Source: Desulfobulbus propionicus DSM 2032 (GTDB lineage Bacteria; Desulfobacterota; Desulfobulbia; Desulfobulbales; Desulfobulbaceae). Taken from it: DNA of 32,000 bases. The DNA is taken from positions 2,460,001-2,492,000 of the forward strand of contig NC_014972.1 of NCBI RefSeq assembly GCF_000186885.1, in the 5' to 3' direction. The number at the start of each line of letters is the position of its first letter. Position 1 is the first letter of the stretch. Both the position numbers and the translations under genes were made by a program. Shown here piece by piece: positions 9,577 to 19,652 of this stretch. The notes beneath the pieces are model-generated. The model was not told where the DNA came from and searched no databases. It was given only the letters and a program-made list of their open reading frames with translations.

Positions 9577-10677
9577 ATGCCGCTTCCCCTCTATCTCGCC
9601 CTGGCCCAAGGAACCAACTTCGGATGGGGCGTCTGCAGCCACTACCTTCGCCAGGAACTGGGCGGCATGTACCGTGACGTTCGAATGGTGGACGAGCACA
9701 CACCGCCGTATGTCACGGGCAGCGTGTTCCACGCCTTGGCCGACCTGGAGTTCAATGCCTTGCACCAGGTGAGGGGAACAAAGAACTTCGGCTACACCTT
9801 TTTTGAAAACGAACTCACCGCCCGGTCAGTGGAGAACAGCGCCCAGTACGAGTGCGTGCTGGCCGGGTCCACCTGGTGCCTCGACAAACTCCGGGAAAAA
9901 GGCGTCGAGCACAGCGACCTACTCATCCAGGGGATCGACACAAGCCGTTTTTTCCCCCTGCCGCCCAAAGAAGAGAACAACCTGTTCATCATTTTTTCCG
10001 GAGGCAAATTCGAGCTGCGCAAGGGACAGGACCTGGTCCTGAGTGCATTCAAGATACTCCAGAAGAAATATCAGGACATGGTCCTGATCAACTGCTGGTA
10101 CAACTCCTGGCCCCAGACCATCGCTCTCTTTCAGCACTCGCGGCACATCCAGTTCGAAGCCAAGGGAGAAAGCTGGAAGGAATTCATGCTCCACATCTAT
10201 CGCAAAAACGACCTGGATCCGGATCGGATCATCACCCTTGACCTAGTCGACAATCAATCGCTGCGGGAGCTCTACGCCAAAACCGATCTCGCCGTTTTCC
10301 CCAATCGCTGCGAGGGCGGCACCAATCTGGTGCTGATGGAATACATGGCCTGCGCCAAACCGGTGATTGCCTCCTGCACCAGCGGGCACAAGGATGTGGT
10401 GACCAGGGAGAACGCCCTGCTCCTCGACGAGCTCCACCCCTATCAACTGTATGACGCAGCGGGCAATCTCTGGGCGGACTGGGAAGAGCCCTCGGTGGAT
10501 CAGCTGGTCGCGCTCATCGAATATGCCTATCACCACCGTCAGGAACTCCGTCGCCTGGGCGAACGGGCCGGTCAGGATTTGCAGCGGCTTACCTGGACAC
10601 AGAGCGCGCGGTCCCTGCTGAACACCCTCCTCCGCTACGACGGGATAGGCCGCGAGGATATTCTTCCCGGCCATTAA
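9577..10677 (+). CDS. Glycosyltransferase family 1-like protein
   Basis: 366 aa; FSGGKFELRKGQDLVLSAFKILQKKYQD...DLAVFPNRCEGGTNLVLMEYMACAKPVIASCTSGHKDVV, GT-B pattern. Confidence 0.85.
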   Translation: MPLPLYLALAQGTNFGWGVCSHYLRQELGGMYRDVRMVDEHTPPYVTGSVFHALADLEFNALHQVRGTKNFGYTFFENELTARSVENSAQYECVLAGSTWCLDKLREKGVEHSDLLIQGIDTSRFFPLPPKEENNLFIIFSGGKFELRKGQDLVLSAFKILQKKYQDMVLINCWYNSWPQTIALFQHSRHIQFEAKGESWKEFMLHIYRKNDLDPDRIITLDLVDNQSLRELYAKTDLAVFPNRCEGGTNLVLMEYMACAKPVIASCTSGHKDVVTRENALLLDELHPYQLYDAAGNLWADWEEPSVDQLVALIEYAYHHRQELRRLGERAGQDLQRLTWTQSARSLLNTLLRYDGIGREDILPGH

Positions 10678-11318
10678 GCCGGCAGGCTGAGAAAAAAGCT
10701 CCAATACTGGTCCGGCCCGGCCGGAACGGTAAAATCGATATCGATCTCCTCCTCCACCGCGAACCCCGCCCGCACGAATAGGCTGCGCCACATGCTTTTT
10801 CCCAGCACACTGTAATGGTTGGGGTTGGTTTCGTGGTGGCAGCTGGTGTCGGGAGCCGGCACCTCGATATACAGACGGCCGCCCGACCTCAACACTCGTT
10901 TGAATTCCGCAAGGGTGAAATAAGGAAAGATGGAATGTTCCAGGGCATGCCGGCACCAGATGATGTCAAATGAGTTGTCGTCGAACTCCAGGAAGGACTG
11001 ATCCATGGAGCGAACATCCAGCCCTTGCTGCTGACAGATCAGCACATCCTCGCCCAGGGCGATGCCGACCGGCTTCAGGCCGGCGGCAAGAAAGTGGCGC
11101 AAGGCCAAGCCTTGGCCGCACCCGATATCCAGGACCTGTTGCCCCGGCTCGACCCCCTGTTTGGCCAACAGCCGCTCGATCATCTGCCGGGTAATGGACA
11201 GGTGCGGTTCAGATGGAATTTCCGGATAGACATCCGCTTTCAACGTATCGATAAAACAGCCCAATCGCTGCAATCCCTTCATGCTCGCCTCCTTCAAGGC
11301 CACCATGGTTCCGGCCAA
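10674..11318 (-). CDS. Class I SAM-dependent methyltransferase
   Basis: QQVLDIGCGQGLALRHFLAAGLKPVGIALG...FDIIWCRHALEHS. Confidence 0.85.
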   Translation of the reverse strand: MAGTMVALKEASMKGLQRLGCFIDTLKADVYPEIPSEPHLSITRQMIERLLAKQGVEPGQQVLDIGCGQGLALRHFLAAGLKPVGIALGEDVLICQQQGLDVRSMDQSFLEFDDNSFDIIWCRHALEHSIFPYFTLAEFKRVLRSGGRLYIEVPAPDTSCHHETNPNHYSVLGKSMWRSLFVRAGFAVEEEIDIDFTVPAGPDQYWSFFLSLPA

Positions 11319-11323
11319 GCGGC

Positions 11324-12487
11324 CTAGAACCGCTCTCGACTGAAAAGCAGGTTGAACACATGCTCCGAAAGCACGGTCTCGCTCGGGCTAAGCTGCCGCA
11401 CCTCCGCCCCCTGTCCGACAAAGGCATAGGTGCTGTAGCCCAAGGCGGCCATCTCCGCACGCAAAGCCTGTTCGCTGCCCCCCATGTGCTCCAGGGCAAA
11501 CCTGTTGATCTCGCAAACCACGAACGGAACGCGCCCCTCGCCAAGCGTGGCGCGAGCTCCCTGCAGAACGGCAAGCTCGGAACCTTCGGTATCGATTTTG
11601 ATCAGTTTGACGTTCCTCGCCTCCTCGATGGAAATCAGATCGTCCAGCCGCTGGATGCCGATCTGTTTGACCAACGGACACCAACTCGACCGCTGGTTGA
11701 ACTCATGGGTGGCAATATCCCACAGCGCATGGCCGCCGTAGTTGTCGAGGTTGATGAAAAACCGGCCCGTGCCACGGGTGCTGCCAAGCGCATGGTTGAA
11801 CACCTGGGCGTTGACCAGGCGATTTTTCCGCAGATGCAGGAGAATCTTGCGGTAATTCTTGGTGGAAGGTTCAAAAGTCAGCACCCGGCCCGGCTTTCCG
11901 ACCAGGTGTGCCGCCAGCAGGGTGAAATACCCCACATGGCCGCCGACGTCGATCACCGTGTCGCCCCGCGCCAGCTGCTGCAGAAAAAGGCAGGTTGTTT
12001 CCTCCTCGTAGGTCAGACCGCGCTGGAAATGGTCCAGCATGTGCCGATGGCTGAACTCGTGGGGATCAAGGAACAACGAAAAATGGACCTTCCCGACCTG
12101 TACCCGCGTGGGCTTGATGCGTTCCTTGCCCTTCCGGGGCAGAAGCCGGCGCAGCTGCTGTTGCTGCGGTCGCGGCAGGAAGGCGCCGAACTCATCCCAC
12201 AGCAACAGGGCCTGATCCGGCAGACCACCGGCGACAAACATCTGCATCAGGCTGTTCAGGGCCTCGAAATTGGTGTTATCGGCACTCACGGACCGGGCAA
12301 ACAGCATGACCGCGTCTTCGTAGTGCTCCACCGCATAGCAGACAACGCCGAGATCGGCCAGGGCTCGCGAATGATTGGGATGGGCATTGAGAATGTCCAC
12401 CAGCAGTTCGGCCGCCGCTTCCACGTTCCGCTCGCCATAGAGGGCCTCGGCCCGGTCGAGCTTCTGTTCCACCTCGTGCTGTTCCAT
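11324..12487 (-). CDS. TPR-containing FkbM-family methyltransferase
   Basis: TPR-like N-terminus, then DTVIDVGGHVGYFTLLAAHLVG...VLTFEPSTKNYRKI...VKLIKIDTEGSELAVLQGA. Confidence 0.85.
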   Translation of the reverse strand: MEQHEVEQKLDRAEALYGERNVEAAAELLVDILNAHPNHSRALADLGVVCYAVEHYEDAVMLFARSVSADNTNFEALNSLMQMFVAGGLPDQALLLWDEFGAFLPRPQQQQLRRLLPRKGKERIKPTRVQVGKVHFSLFLDPHEFSHRHMLDHFQRGLTYEEETTCLFLQQLARGDTVIDVGGHVGYFTLLAAHLVGKPGRVLTFEPSTKNYRKILLHLRKNRLVNAQVFNHALGSTRGTGRFFINLDNYGGHALWDIATHEFNQRSSWCPLVKQIGIQRLDDLISIEEARNVKLIKIDTEGSELAVLQGARATLGEGRVPFVVCEINRFALEHMGGSEQALRAEMAALGYSTYAFVGQGAEVRQLSPSETVLSEHVFNLLFSRERF

Positions 12488-12489
12488 GG

Positions 12490-14337
12490 TCACCTCCGTG
12501 CCGTCTGGCGAAGAACCTGATGCAATGTTTGGATGACAGGCTGCCATTCCCCCGGACCGGGCTGGCGCAGCAGGCGGACGGTGGGGTACCAGGGCGAATC
12601 ATCCCGATCCGTGAACCATCGCCAGTCGGCGGCAAATGGAAGCAGCGCGACGGTGGGCAGGGCGAGCGCTCCAGCCAAATGCACGGTGGAGGTGCAGACG
12701 CTGACCACGAGATCCATGCACGCCATGAAGGCGGCCGTGTCGGCATAGTCATGGAGCTCGGCGGACACATCCTTCAATCGCAACACGCCGCCGTCACCGG
12801 CCACCTGCTGCTGCGCCGGCCCGACCTGAAGGGAATAGAAGTCGATCTCGTCGGCCAGTTCGCCCAGCGGCGCCAACTGGGCCAGGGTCATGGACCGGTT
12901 GTGGTCATCCGTCTGCCGTGGATTTCCCGCCCAGATCAGGGCGACCTTCACTTTGGCCGACGGCACCATCCGGGAGCGGGCGTGCTCGATGCGCTCGGGC
13001 GCGACCGCCAGATAGGGGCAGTGGCCGGGCAAGGTGTCAAGGGTGATCCCCAACACCCCCATGAGACTCATCAAGGCCACCTGTGCATCGACCGAAACCT
13101 TGTCGATGGGAAACTCGGTGACCGGCAAAAGTGTGTCGATTGCCGGCACGCTGGACATCAAGCGCCCCAGCGAGGGCTGGCAGGAAAACACGATCTCCGC
13201 GCCGAGCTTTTTCAACAGCGGCAGCAGGCGACAGAATTGGATGGTATCCCCCGCTCCCTGTTCGGCGCGGACCAAAAGCCGTTTCCCCGCCGCCGACCGC
13301 CCATCCCAAATCGGCCATGGACCGTCTAGAAACGTTCCCATGACCGCGAATCGCGATTCATAGTACGGCAGGCCGCGGCGGAAATCCCCTTTGAGCAGGA
13401 GCAGGGAGCCGTATGCGAAACGGGCCTCATGGTGATCGGGGTTGATGCGCAGCAACGATTGATAGGTGCGCTCGGCCTCCTCGATCTTCCGCAGCTTCAC
13501 CTGGAAATAGGCCAAGGCGGCCAAACTGTCGGCATTGCCCGGGTCAAGGGCCAGGGAGCGATCCAGACAGTGCCTGGCCTTGTCGAACAGGTGCCTGTCC
13601 ACATAGAGCGAAGAAAGCGCGTTCAGCGTCTCGACGTTGTCGGGATCGCGTCCCAGGACTCGGGTATACCAGTGCACCGCCTGGTCATAGTCCCGCAAAA
13701 ATCGGCAGACCGTGCCAAGATTCAACAACTTCTTGGTGCACTGGCCATCCAGCTGCACCGCCCGCGATAAAAAATCGTGCGCCTCGCGAAAATTATTGAG
13801 CCGGAGATGCGCCGTCCCGGCCGCCAGCAGCACGTCCCCGTTCTCCGGCAGCATCTCCAGCAGCCGCAAGGAAAACGTCAGCACATCCTCCCATCGTTTT
13901 TCTTCTATAAAAATATTGGTCAACAGGAGAAGGGACTCCAGATGGCGCGGCTGGACGTTCAATGCCGCCAACAGGGACTCAACGGCAAAGGAGACATTCC
14001 CTGCCCGGTACTGCACAAAGCCGGCGCTATAGAGCAGTTCCGCATTGCCTGCCCCCTGCTCCAATGCCTGGGCCATCAGAGTGGCGGCCTCCGCCACTTG
14101 TTTCTGGGCTGCCAGGATGCGGGCCATGGCGCACAGGGCCTCGGGATGGTGCGGCCACGCCCTGAACACAGACTGCAACAGATCCGCCGCCGCCTCGAAT
14201 TGTCCTGATTTTTCTAGCTTCTTTACCCTGGACAAGACGGCATCCGAATCCTGGGCAGCTTGTTTCGCCGCGAACGGTTTCCTTGGCTGCCCCGCGGCTC
14301 CTGCCTGTTTTTTTGTCTGTTTTTTTTGCCTGCCCAT
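12490..14337 (-). CDS. TPR protein with C-terminal heptosyltransferase/GT9-like domain
   Basis: Many TPR units (e.g. FREAHDFLSRAVQLDGQ, AVHWYTRVLGRDPDNVETLNALSSLYVD), then LLVRAEQGAGDTIQFCRLLPLLKKLGAEIVFSCQ...VSVCTSTVHLAGALALPTVALLPFAADWRWF. Confidence 0.85.
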   Translation of the reverse strand: MGRQKKQTKKQAGAAGQPRKPFAAKQAAQDSDAVLSRVKKLEKSGQFEAAADLLQSVFRAWPHHPEALCAMARILAAQKQVAEAATLMAQALEQGAGNAELLYSAGFVQYRAGNVSFAVESLLAALNVQPRHLESLLLLTNIFIEEKRWEDVLTFSLRLLEMLPENGDVLLAAGTAHLRLNNFREAHDFLSRAVQLDGQCTKKLLNLGTVCRFLRDYDQAVHWYTRVLGRDPDNVETLNALSSLYVDRHLFDKARHCLDRSLALDPGNADSLAALAYFQVKLRKIEEAERTYQSLLRINPDHHEARFAYGSLLLLKGDFRRGLPYYESRFAVMGTFLDGPWPIWDGRSAAGKRLLVRAEQGAGDTIQFCRLLPLLKKLGAEIVFSCQPSLGRLMSSVPAIDTLLPVTEFPIDKVSVDAQVALMSLMGVLGITLDTLPGHCPYLAVAPERIEHARSRMVPSAKVKVALIWAGNPRQTDDHNRSMTLAQLAPLGELADEIDFYSLQVGPAQQQVAGDGGVLRLKDVSAELHDYADTAAFMACMDLVVSVCTSTVHLAGALALPTVALLPFAADWRWFTDRDDSPWYPTVRLLRQPGPGEWQPVIQTLHQVLRQTARR

Positions 14338-14627
14338 CACGGTTTCCCAGCGTCGCAAACTTTTTTAAATGAAATTACAGACTGTTAACAAAAAAAAACG
14401 CCCATTGCCCCAAAAAAGATTTCACCCTGCTTTTTTTTCTAAAGGAAAGAAGGGCCGGCACCGATAAGAAAATTAACCAAGAAATTCATTTGGAATAAAT
14501 ACTCAAGGAACCCAACGAACAGGAGGCCACAACCCACAACGATCGCAGGACAAGCAGTACAGTTTGAACAACCGGCAAGGATGCCAACTATACGAATACG
14601 CCACTACAATATTCATGGAGGAATATC

Positions 14628-16076
14628 ATGGCACTTTCAATCAACACAAACGTAGCTTCTCTCAACGCGCAACGCAACCTGGGTGCAACCCAATCCAATT
14701 TGGCAAAATCCATGCAGCGTCTCTCAAGTGGTCTTCGGATCAACTCTGCGAAGGATGATGCCGCCGGTCTGGCTATTTCCGACCGGATGACCTCTCAGAT
14801 CCGCGGCCTCAATCAGGCTGTCCGGAACGCAAACGACGGTATTTCTCTGGCGCAGACCGCTGAAGGCGCGATGCAGGAAAGCACCAACATCCTGCAGCGG
14901 ATGCGCGAACTGGCCGTGCAGTCGGCCAACGACTCCAACACCGGTTCCGACCGTGCTTCTCTGCAGAAAGAAGTAGCCCAGCTGCAGCAGGAACTGGACC
15001 GGATCGCCACCACCACCTCCTTCAACGGCAAGAATGTTCTTGACGGCACCTTTACCGCCCAATCCTTCCAGGTGGGCGCCAATGCCGGCGAGACCATTTC
15101 CTTTTCCGTCGGTGGAGCTTCCTCGACCCAGATCGGCGCCCATCAGCTCAAGGTCGCCGGCACGATCAATCAAGCCACCGCGGGCACCGCAAACACCGTG
15201 GCCGCCCAGACCATGACCGTCTCCGGTTCCCTGGGCACCGAGTCGATCACCGTGGCCGCTGGCGCCACCGCCAAGACCATTGCCGAGAAGATCAACAACA
15301 TCAGCAACGACACCGGTGTCAATGCCACTGCGGTCACCAACGCCAAACTGACGGTGGGAGCGACAGGTGCCCAGAGCTTCCAGCTCTTCGGCAAGAACAC
15401 CACCGGCGAGACCATTTCCGCCAATATCACCAACCTCTCCGACCTGACCGAACTGGCCGACGCCATCAATTCCAAGGCGGCAGAGACCGGCGTCACGGCG
15501 GAGCTGGCGGCGGACAAGGCGTCGATCACCCTGAAGAACACCGAGGGCGAGGATATCCAGATGACCTGGGCATCTGGAAACCAAAGCCTGCAAGGTTTGG
15601 CGGCCGACGGCACCACCGCAGCCGGCTCGGCGGTGGCGATGACCAGCGCGGGTTCGGCCTCGGTGGGCGGCAACATTACCTTCAATGCGGAAAAATCCTA
15701 CTCGGTCGCCTCCACCAGCACGACCACGGTGCTGGATGCGGCAAGCAAGGGCAGCGCCCTCACCTCGGTCGGTTCGGTGGACATCAGCACCCGTTCCGGG
15801 GCCAACGACGCCCTCTCGGTGATCGACAGCGCCATCAGCTTCATCGATACCGAACGGGCCAATCTGGGTGCGATCCAGAACCGGTTTGAATCAACCATTT
15901 CCAACCTGCAGAACATCTCCGAGAACGTCTCGGCTGCCCGGTCGCGGATCCTGGATGCGGATATCGCCCAGGAGACCTCCAACATGACCAAGCAGAACAT
16001 CCTGCAGCAAGCCGGTGTCTCGATCCTGGCCCAGGCCAACCAGACCCCGCAGCTGGCTTTGAGTCTGCTCCAGTAA
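14628..16076 (+). CDS. Flagellin (copy 2)
   Basis: [54 protein letters not shown]...; C-terminus [43 protein letters not shown]. Confidence 0.97.
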   Translation: MALSINTNVASLNAQRNLGATQSNLAKSMQRLSSGLRINSAKDDAAGLAISDRMTSQIRGLNQAVRNANDGISLAQTAEGAMQESTNILQRMRELAVQSANDSNTGSDRASLQKEVAQLQQELDRIATTTSFNGKNVLDGTFTAQSFQVGANAGETISFSVGGASSTQIGAHQLKVAGTINQATAGTANTVAAQTMTVSGSLGTESITVAAGATAKTIAEKINNISNDTGVNATAVTNAKLTVGATGAQSFQLFGKNTTGETISANITNLSDLTELADAINSKAAETGVTAELAADKASITLKNTEGEDIQMTWASGNQSLQGLAADGTTAAGSAVAMTSAGSASVGGNITFNAEKSYSVASTSTTTVLDAASKGSALTSVGSVDISTRSGANDALSVIDSAISFIDTERANLGAIQNRFESTISNLQNISENVSAARSRILDADIAQETSNMTKQNILQQAGVSILAQANQTPQLALSLLQ

Positions 16077-16087
16077 AAACCCCCTTT

Positions 16088-16117
16088 CCTGAGGAGACCG
16101 CCTGCGGTCTCCTCAGG
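16088..16117 (+). terminator. Strong 3' hairpin after flagellin 2, no adjacent U-tract
   Basis: CCTGAGGAGACCG-CCTG-CGGTCTCCTCAGG, at least 13 bp perfect stem. Confidence 0.6.
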
Positions 16118-16152
16118 CCCTGATATTTTTCTCATTACACGGAGGTAACCGG

Positions 16153-16500
16153 ATGAATATCGAGGCACTCGGCACAACCGGCGCCAGTCCGCCACGGGTC
16201 AACGAATCGGCCCAGCAGGTGGAGCGCAGGCGGCAGGACAGCCAGCAGCAATCCCCGCTCGGCTCGGAGAAGGAAAGCAAACTGCACCCCGAGGAGCTGT
16301 TGAACCAGATCAAATCCATCACCGAAAATGGATTGTACAGCGTCCGTTTCGAGCGCGACAGCGGCACCGAGGAATTGATCGTAAAGATTGTCGACAGCGA
16401 TACCGATGAAGTGATACGGCAGATTCCGCCGGAAGAATTGATCAATCTCAGCAAACACCTCAAGGAACTCAGCGGCAACTTGGTCAACACCGTCAGCTGA
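16153..16500 (+). CDS. flaG: FlaG family protein
   Basis: LYSVRFERDSGTEELIVKIVDSDTDEVIRQIPPEELINLSKHLKEL, upstream of fliD. Confidence 0.88.
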   Translation: MNIEALGTTGASPPRVNESAQQVERRRQDSQQQSPLGSEKESKLHPEELLNQIKSITENGLYSVRFERDSGTEELIVKIVDSDTDEVIRQIPPEELINLSKHLKELSGNLVNTVS

Positions 16501-16524
16501 CCCGCACCATCGGAGAACCGAGCC

Positions 16525-17922
16525 ATGACTATTCAATTCGGCGGCCTGGCAACAGGATTGGACACCAGCAGCATCATCAACCAATTGATGTCGCTTGAAC
16601 GGCAGCCGATCACCCGTCTCGAAGCAGATAAGACGTGGCTCAACAATCGCTTGGCCGCGTTTACCCAGCTGGACAGCAAGCTCAAGTCCTTTGCCGATTC
16701 CATCAAGAACCTCAACGACGCCGACACCCTGCTCAAGCGTTCGGTCAAACAGAGCTCGGAAGACTACCTCTCCGCCACCGTTTCCAGCGAAGCGCTGGCT
16801 GGAACCAGCTATCAGGTGGAAGTCGTCTCCCTGGCGCAGGTACAAAAATCGATTTCCGCCACCGGTTTCGCGAGCAAGACCAGTCTCTCCTTTGGCACGG
16901 GCAGCCTTGATCTCACCATTGACGGCACCAGTCACAGTATCGACATCACGGCCGACAACGGGTCGCTTGAAGGGATCATGCGGGCCATCAACGATGCGGA
17001 TCTCGGGGTTTCCGCAGCGATCATCAACGATGGCAGCGGGTCGCCCTATCGCCTGGTGCTCACGGGAGAGGATGTGGGAAAAACCTTTTCCCTGGGTACC
17101 AGCGGCTTGAGCGGAGGAACCGATACCCTTGGCGACTTCAACGTTGACGACGGCAGCGGCACGATCACCAATCCACCGGTGCAAGCAGCCACCCAGGCCC
17201 ATATCCGGGTGGATACCGTTGACATATACAGCAGTTCCAACACGCTGACCGAGGCGATTCCCGGGGTGACGCTCGATCTCCTGCAAGCGGAAGTCGGCAA
17301 AACCACCAGTCTGTCCATCAGTCTGGATACCAAGAGCATCAAATCGACCATCGAAGCCTTTGCCAAGGGGTACAACGAGGTGGTCAGTTTTGTCACCGGC
17401 CAATCGATCATCAACGAAAAGGGCGGCGGCGTGCTTGGTGGCGATTCGGGAATCAACTCGATCAAGCGCCACCTGCAAAGCATGCTGACCAAGCCGTTTG
17501 CCAACAGTGGCGTTTTCAGCTCGCTGTCCCAGCTGGGGTTCGAGACGCAAAAAGACGGCACCCTGAAGGTCAACGATACGACCCTGTCGGCCGCAGTCAG
17601 CAACAACCTGGACAGTGTTGTCAGCCTGTTGACCGGAGAAAACGGCAAGGACGGCCTGATTGCCGAATTCCAGGACTATCTGCAATCGATGACCAACTCG
17701 TCCAGCGGTATGTTGCAGGGCCGAAAGCAAAGTATCAACAACAATATAAAACGCATCGACAATCAAATTACCAACATGGAGACGAGGCTGGAGAAACGGC
17801 AGCTGACCTTGGAATCGCAGTTCAGCGCCATGGAAACCCTGGTTAGCGGGCTCAATTCGCAGGGGTCCTATCTCTCTCAACAAATGACCATCCTCAGCAA
17901 CATGATGAGCGGGAGCAACTAA
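16525..17922 (+). CDS. fliD: Flagellar filament capping protein FliD
   Basis: MTIQFGGLATGLDTSSIINQLMSLERQPITRLEADKTWL...; C-terminal coiled coil; between flaG and fliS. Confidence 0.93.
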   Translation: MTIQFGGLATGLDTSSIINQLMSLERQPITRLEADKTWLNNRLAAFTQLDSKLKSFADSIKNLNDADTLLKRSVKQSSEDYLSATVSSEALAGTSYQVEVVSLAQVQKSISATGFASKTSLSFGTGSLDLTIDGTSHSIDITADNGSLEGIMRAINDADLGVSAAIINDGSGSPYRLVLTGEDVGKTFSLGTSGLSGGTDTLGDFNVDDGSGTITNPPVQAATQAHIRVDTVDIYSSSNTLTEAIPGVTLDLLQAEVGKTTSLSISLDTKSIKSTIEAFAKGYNEVVSFVTGQSIINEKGGGVLGGDSGINSIKRHLQSMLTKPFANSGVFSSLSQLGFETQKDGTLKVNDTTLSAAVSNNLDSVVSLLTGENGKDGLIAEFQDYLQSMTNSSSGMLQGRKQSINNNIKRIDNQITNMETRLEKRQLTLESQFSAMETLVSGLNSQGSYLSQQMTILSNMMSGSN

Positions 17923-18374
17923 TGAATGGCTACACGAATCAATACATGGTCAATACGGTCACATCGGCATCGCCGGAACAACTGATGCTGATGCTCTACG
18001 ATGGCGCCATCCGTTTTATCTCCCTTGGCATCCAGGCGATCGAAAACGGTCAAATTGATAAACGGGCCTACTATATCAACAAGACGTCGGCCATTGTCTC
18101 CGAGTTTGCCGCCACCCTCGACCATTCGTTGAACCCCAAGCTGGCGGAAGATCTCGATGCCCTGTATGGATATATGCTGAACCGGATGTTGGACGCCAAC
18201 CTGAAAAACGATGCCGCGCCACTGCATGAAGTCAAGAAACTGCTGGCTGACCTGCGGGCCACCTGGGCGCAGGCCATAGAAATGAACAAAACGGAAAAAC
18301 GGGAAGCCATGGGGGCAACCACCCCGGCAGCTCCTGGAACCATGGCCTACAGACCGCTTGTGGCGGCAATGTGA
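17922..18374 (+). CDS. fliS: Flagellar export chaperone FliS
   Basis: YTNQYMVNTVTSASPEQLMLMLYDGAIRFISLGIQAIEN. Confidence 0.95.
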   Translation: MNGYTNQYMVNTVTSASPEQLMLMLYDGAIRFISLGIQAIENGQIDKRAYYINKTSAIVSEFAATLDHSLNPKLAEDLDALYGYMLNRMLDANLKNDAAPLHEVKKLLADLRATWAQAIEMNKTEKREAMGATTPAAPGTMAYRPLVAAM

Positions 18375-18375
18375 A

Positions 18376-18774
18376 ATGGACAACGCACTGATTGAACAAT
18401 CGCTGACCCAGTATCGTCGGATTGCCGAGATGTATGGGCAAATCGAGCAAGCCCTGCAGAACAGGCAAATGGACACACTTGCCTCACTGTGCGCCGACAT
18501 GAACATCCTGCAGGAGGAGATCAAGGGCAACGACGCGGCAATGCTCGACCTGCTCCGACAATCCCCCGCGTTGAAGAAAGACGAACGGATGCGGGAGTTG
18601 GTGGCATTGATGGACAAGATACGCGGCCAGAACAACCGCTTGACCGTTCAGTTGAAAAACATCATGGCGGTTCAACGCAGCGAACTCCAGAAATTACAAC
18701 AGGGCAGCACCGTTCTCCAGGGATACCGGCCCGCATCCGACCACACCGGCAAGAGGATATCCGTTTCCAACTAG
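18376..18774 (+). CDS. Small coiled-coil protein, possible FliT/FlgN-like flagellar chaperone
   Basis: ATG 1 nt after the fliS stop; MDNALIEQSLTQYRRIAEMYGQIEQALQNRQMDTLASLCADMNILQEEIKG...; identity from context and helical character only. Confidence 0.65.
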   Translation: MDNALIEQSLTQYRRIAEMYGQIEQALQNRQMDTLASLCADMNILQEEIKGNDAAMLDLLRQSPALKKDERMRELVALMDKIRGQNNRLTVQLKNIMAVQRSELQKLQQGSTVLQGYRPASDHTGKRISVSN

Positions 18775-18784
18775 CCGTCCCCCG

Positions 18785-18807
18785 CGTTGGCCCGGGCCAA
18801 CGTTTTT
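18785..18807 (+). terminator. Rho-independent terminator closing the flaG-fliD-fliS operon
   Basis: CGTTGGCCCGGGCCAACG palindrome followed by TTTTT. Confidence 0.8.
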
Positions 18808-18907
18808 CACTTCGACCTTCTCTCCCGCCAAATATTTCTTCCTTTCTTGCCTCGCTTGTGGCAATTTAGAAAGAAATTATTTTTTCAATTCGAGAGAAGG
18901 TAACATC

Positions 18908-19615
18908 TTGCCACTACTCAATAGTTTTTTTCTTAACCTCAAAGAGGGAACGGCGTTGCGCGCCGCGATTCCACTTGTGGGTGTTCTTGAAAAAGCACGG
19001 CTCAATTGCTTTTTGGCAAACGCGGAGCCGCCGAGATTTACCCTTTCCTTCCCGCACGGTTCTTTGGCGATGGATCAGGTCGACATCAGCAGAACCTGTA
19101 TGGTCATCGTTGATTTGACCGATCAGACGGTCACCGTCTCCGCGGACATCGAACGGATAGCCGACCCGTCCACCCTGGAACTCGTGGCACGTGAATCCGT
19201 CACCCATACCCAAACCCGCAACTACTTCAGGGTTGACGCAGCCACCCGTGTTGCCGCCTCTTCGGTCGTTCCACCGGAAATGGCCAAGGAAGGGGAAAGC
19301 TGGCGGTTGCTCGGTGACACCATCGATCTCAGCGGCAGCGGACTGTTGTGCAGTTTTAGCGACCCACTGGAGAAGGATAAACCGGTCAACATCGAACTCA
19401 TTCTTCCGACCAGGAACATGGAAGTCATCCGGGCCCTCGGTCATGTGGTCCGTTGTCGGAAAATCGAGGAAAACCTGTATCATGTCGCCTTGCATTTCGA
19501 CCAGATCGATCCCGAAAGCCAGGACAAGATAATGGCCTGCTGCTTTGAATTGCAACGCCGGTATCTGCGCATGCGGGTACAGTTGGAAAGCCAACCTCCT
19601 TCTCAGCAAGAATAG
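18908..19615 (+). CDS. PilZ domain protein (1)
   Basis: RNYFRVDAATRV (RxxxR) and TIDLSGSGLL (DxSxxG) PilZ motifs. Confidence 0.85.
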   Translation: MPLLNSFFLNLKEGTALRAAIPLVGVLEKARLNCFLANAEPPRFTLSFPHGSLAMDQVDISRTCMVIVDLTDQTVTVSADIERIADPSTLELVARESVTHTQTRNYFRVDAATRVAASSVVPPEMAKEGESWRLLGDTIDLSGSGLLCSFSDPLEKDKPVNIELILPTRNMEVIRALGHVVRCRKIEENLYHVALHFDQIDPESQDKIMACCFELQRRYLRMRVQLESQPPSQQE

Positions 19616-19652
19616 CCGGTCAACCACTTCTTTTACATCGTGTAACGTCTCC

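Noticed and set aside
14560-14627. Possible sigma-28 promoter near TACAGTTT upstream of flagellin 2
   Set aside because: The -10-like GCAAGGAT or GCCAACTA boxes are weak and at the wrong distance.
14724-15593. 289-aa minus-strand ORF inside flagellin 2
   Set aside because: Antisense of conserved flagellin coding sequence.
7749-16076. Flagellin pair as a phase-variation cassette
   Set aside because: Both copies are in direct orientation with their own start regions; no invertible repeats or recombinase were seen nearby.
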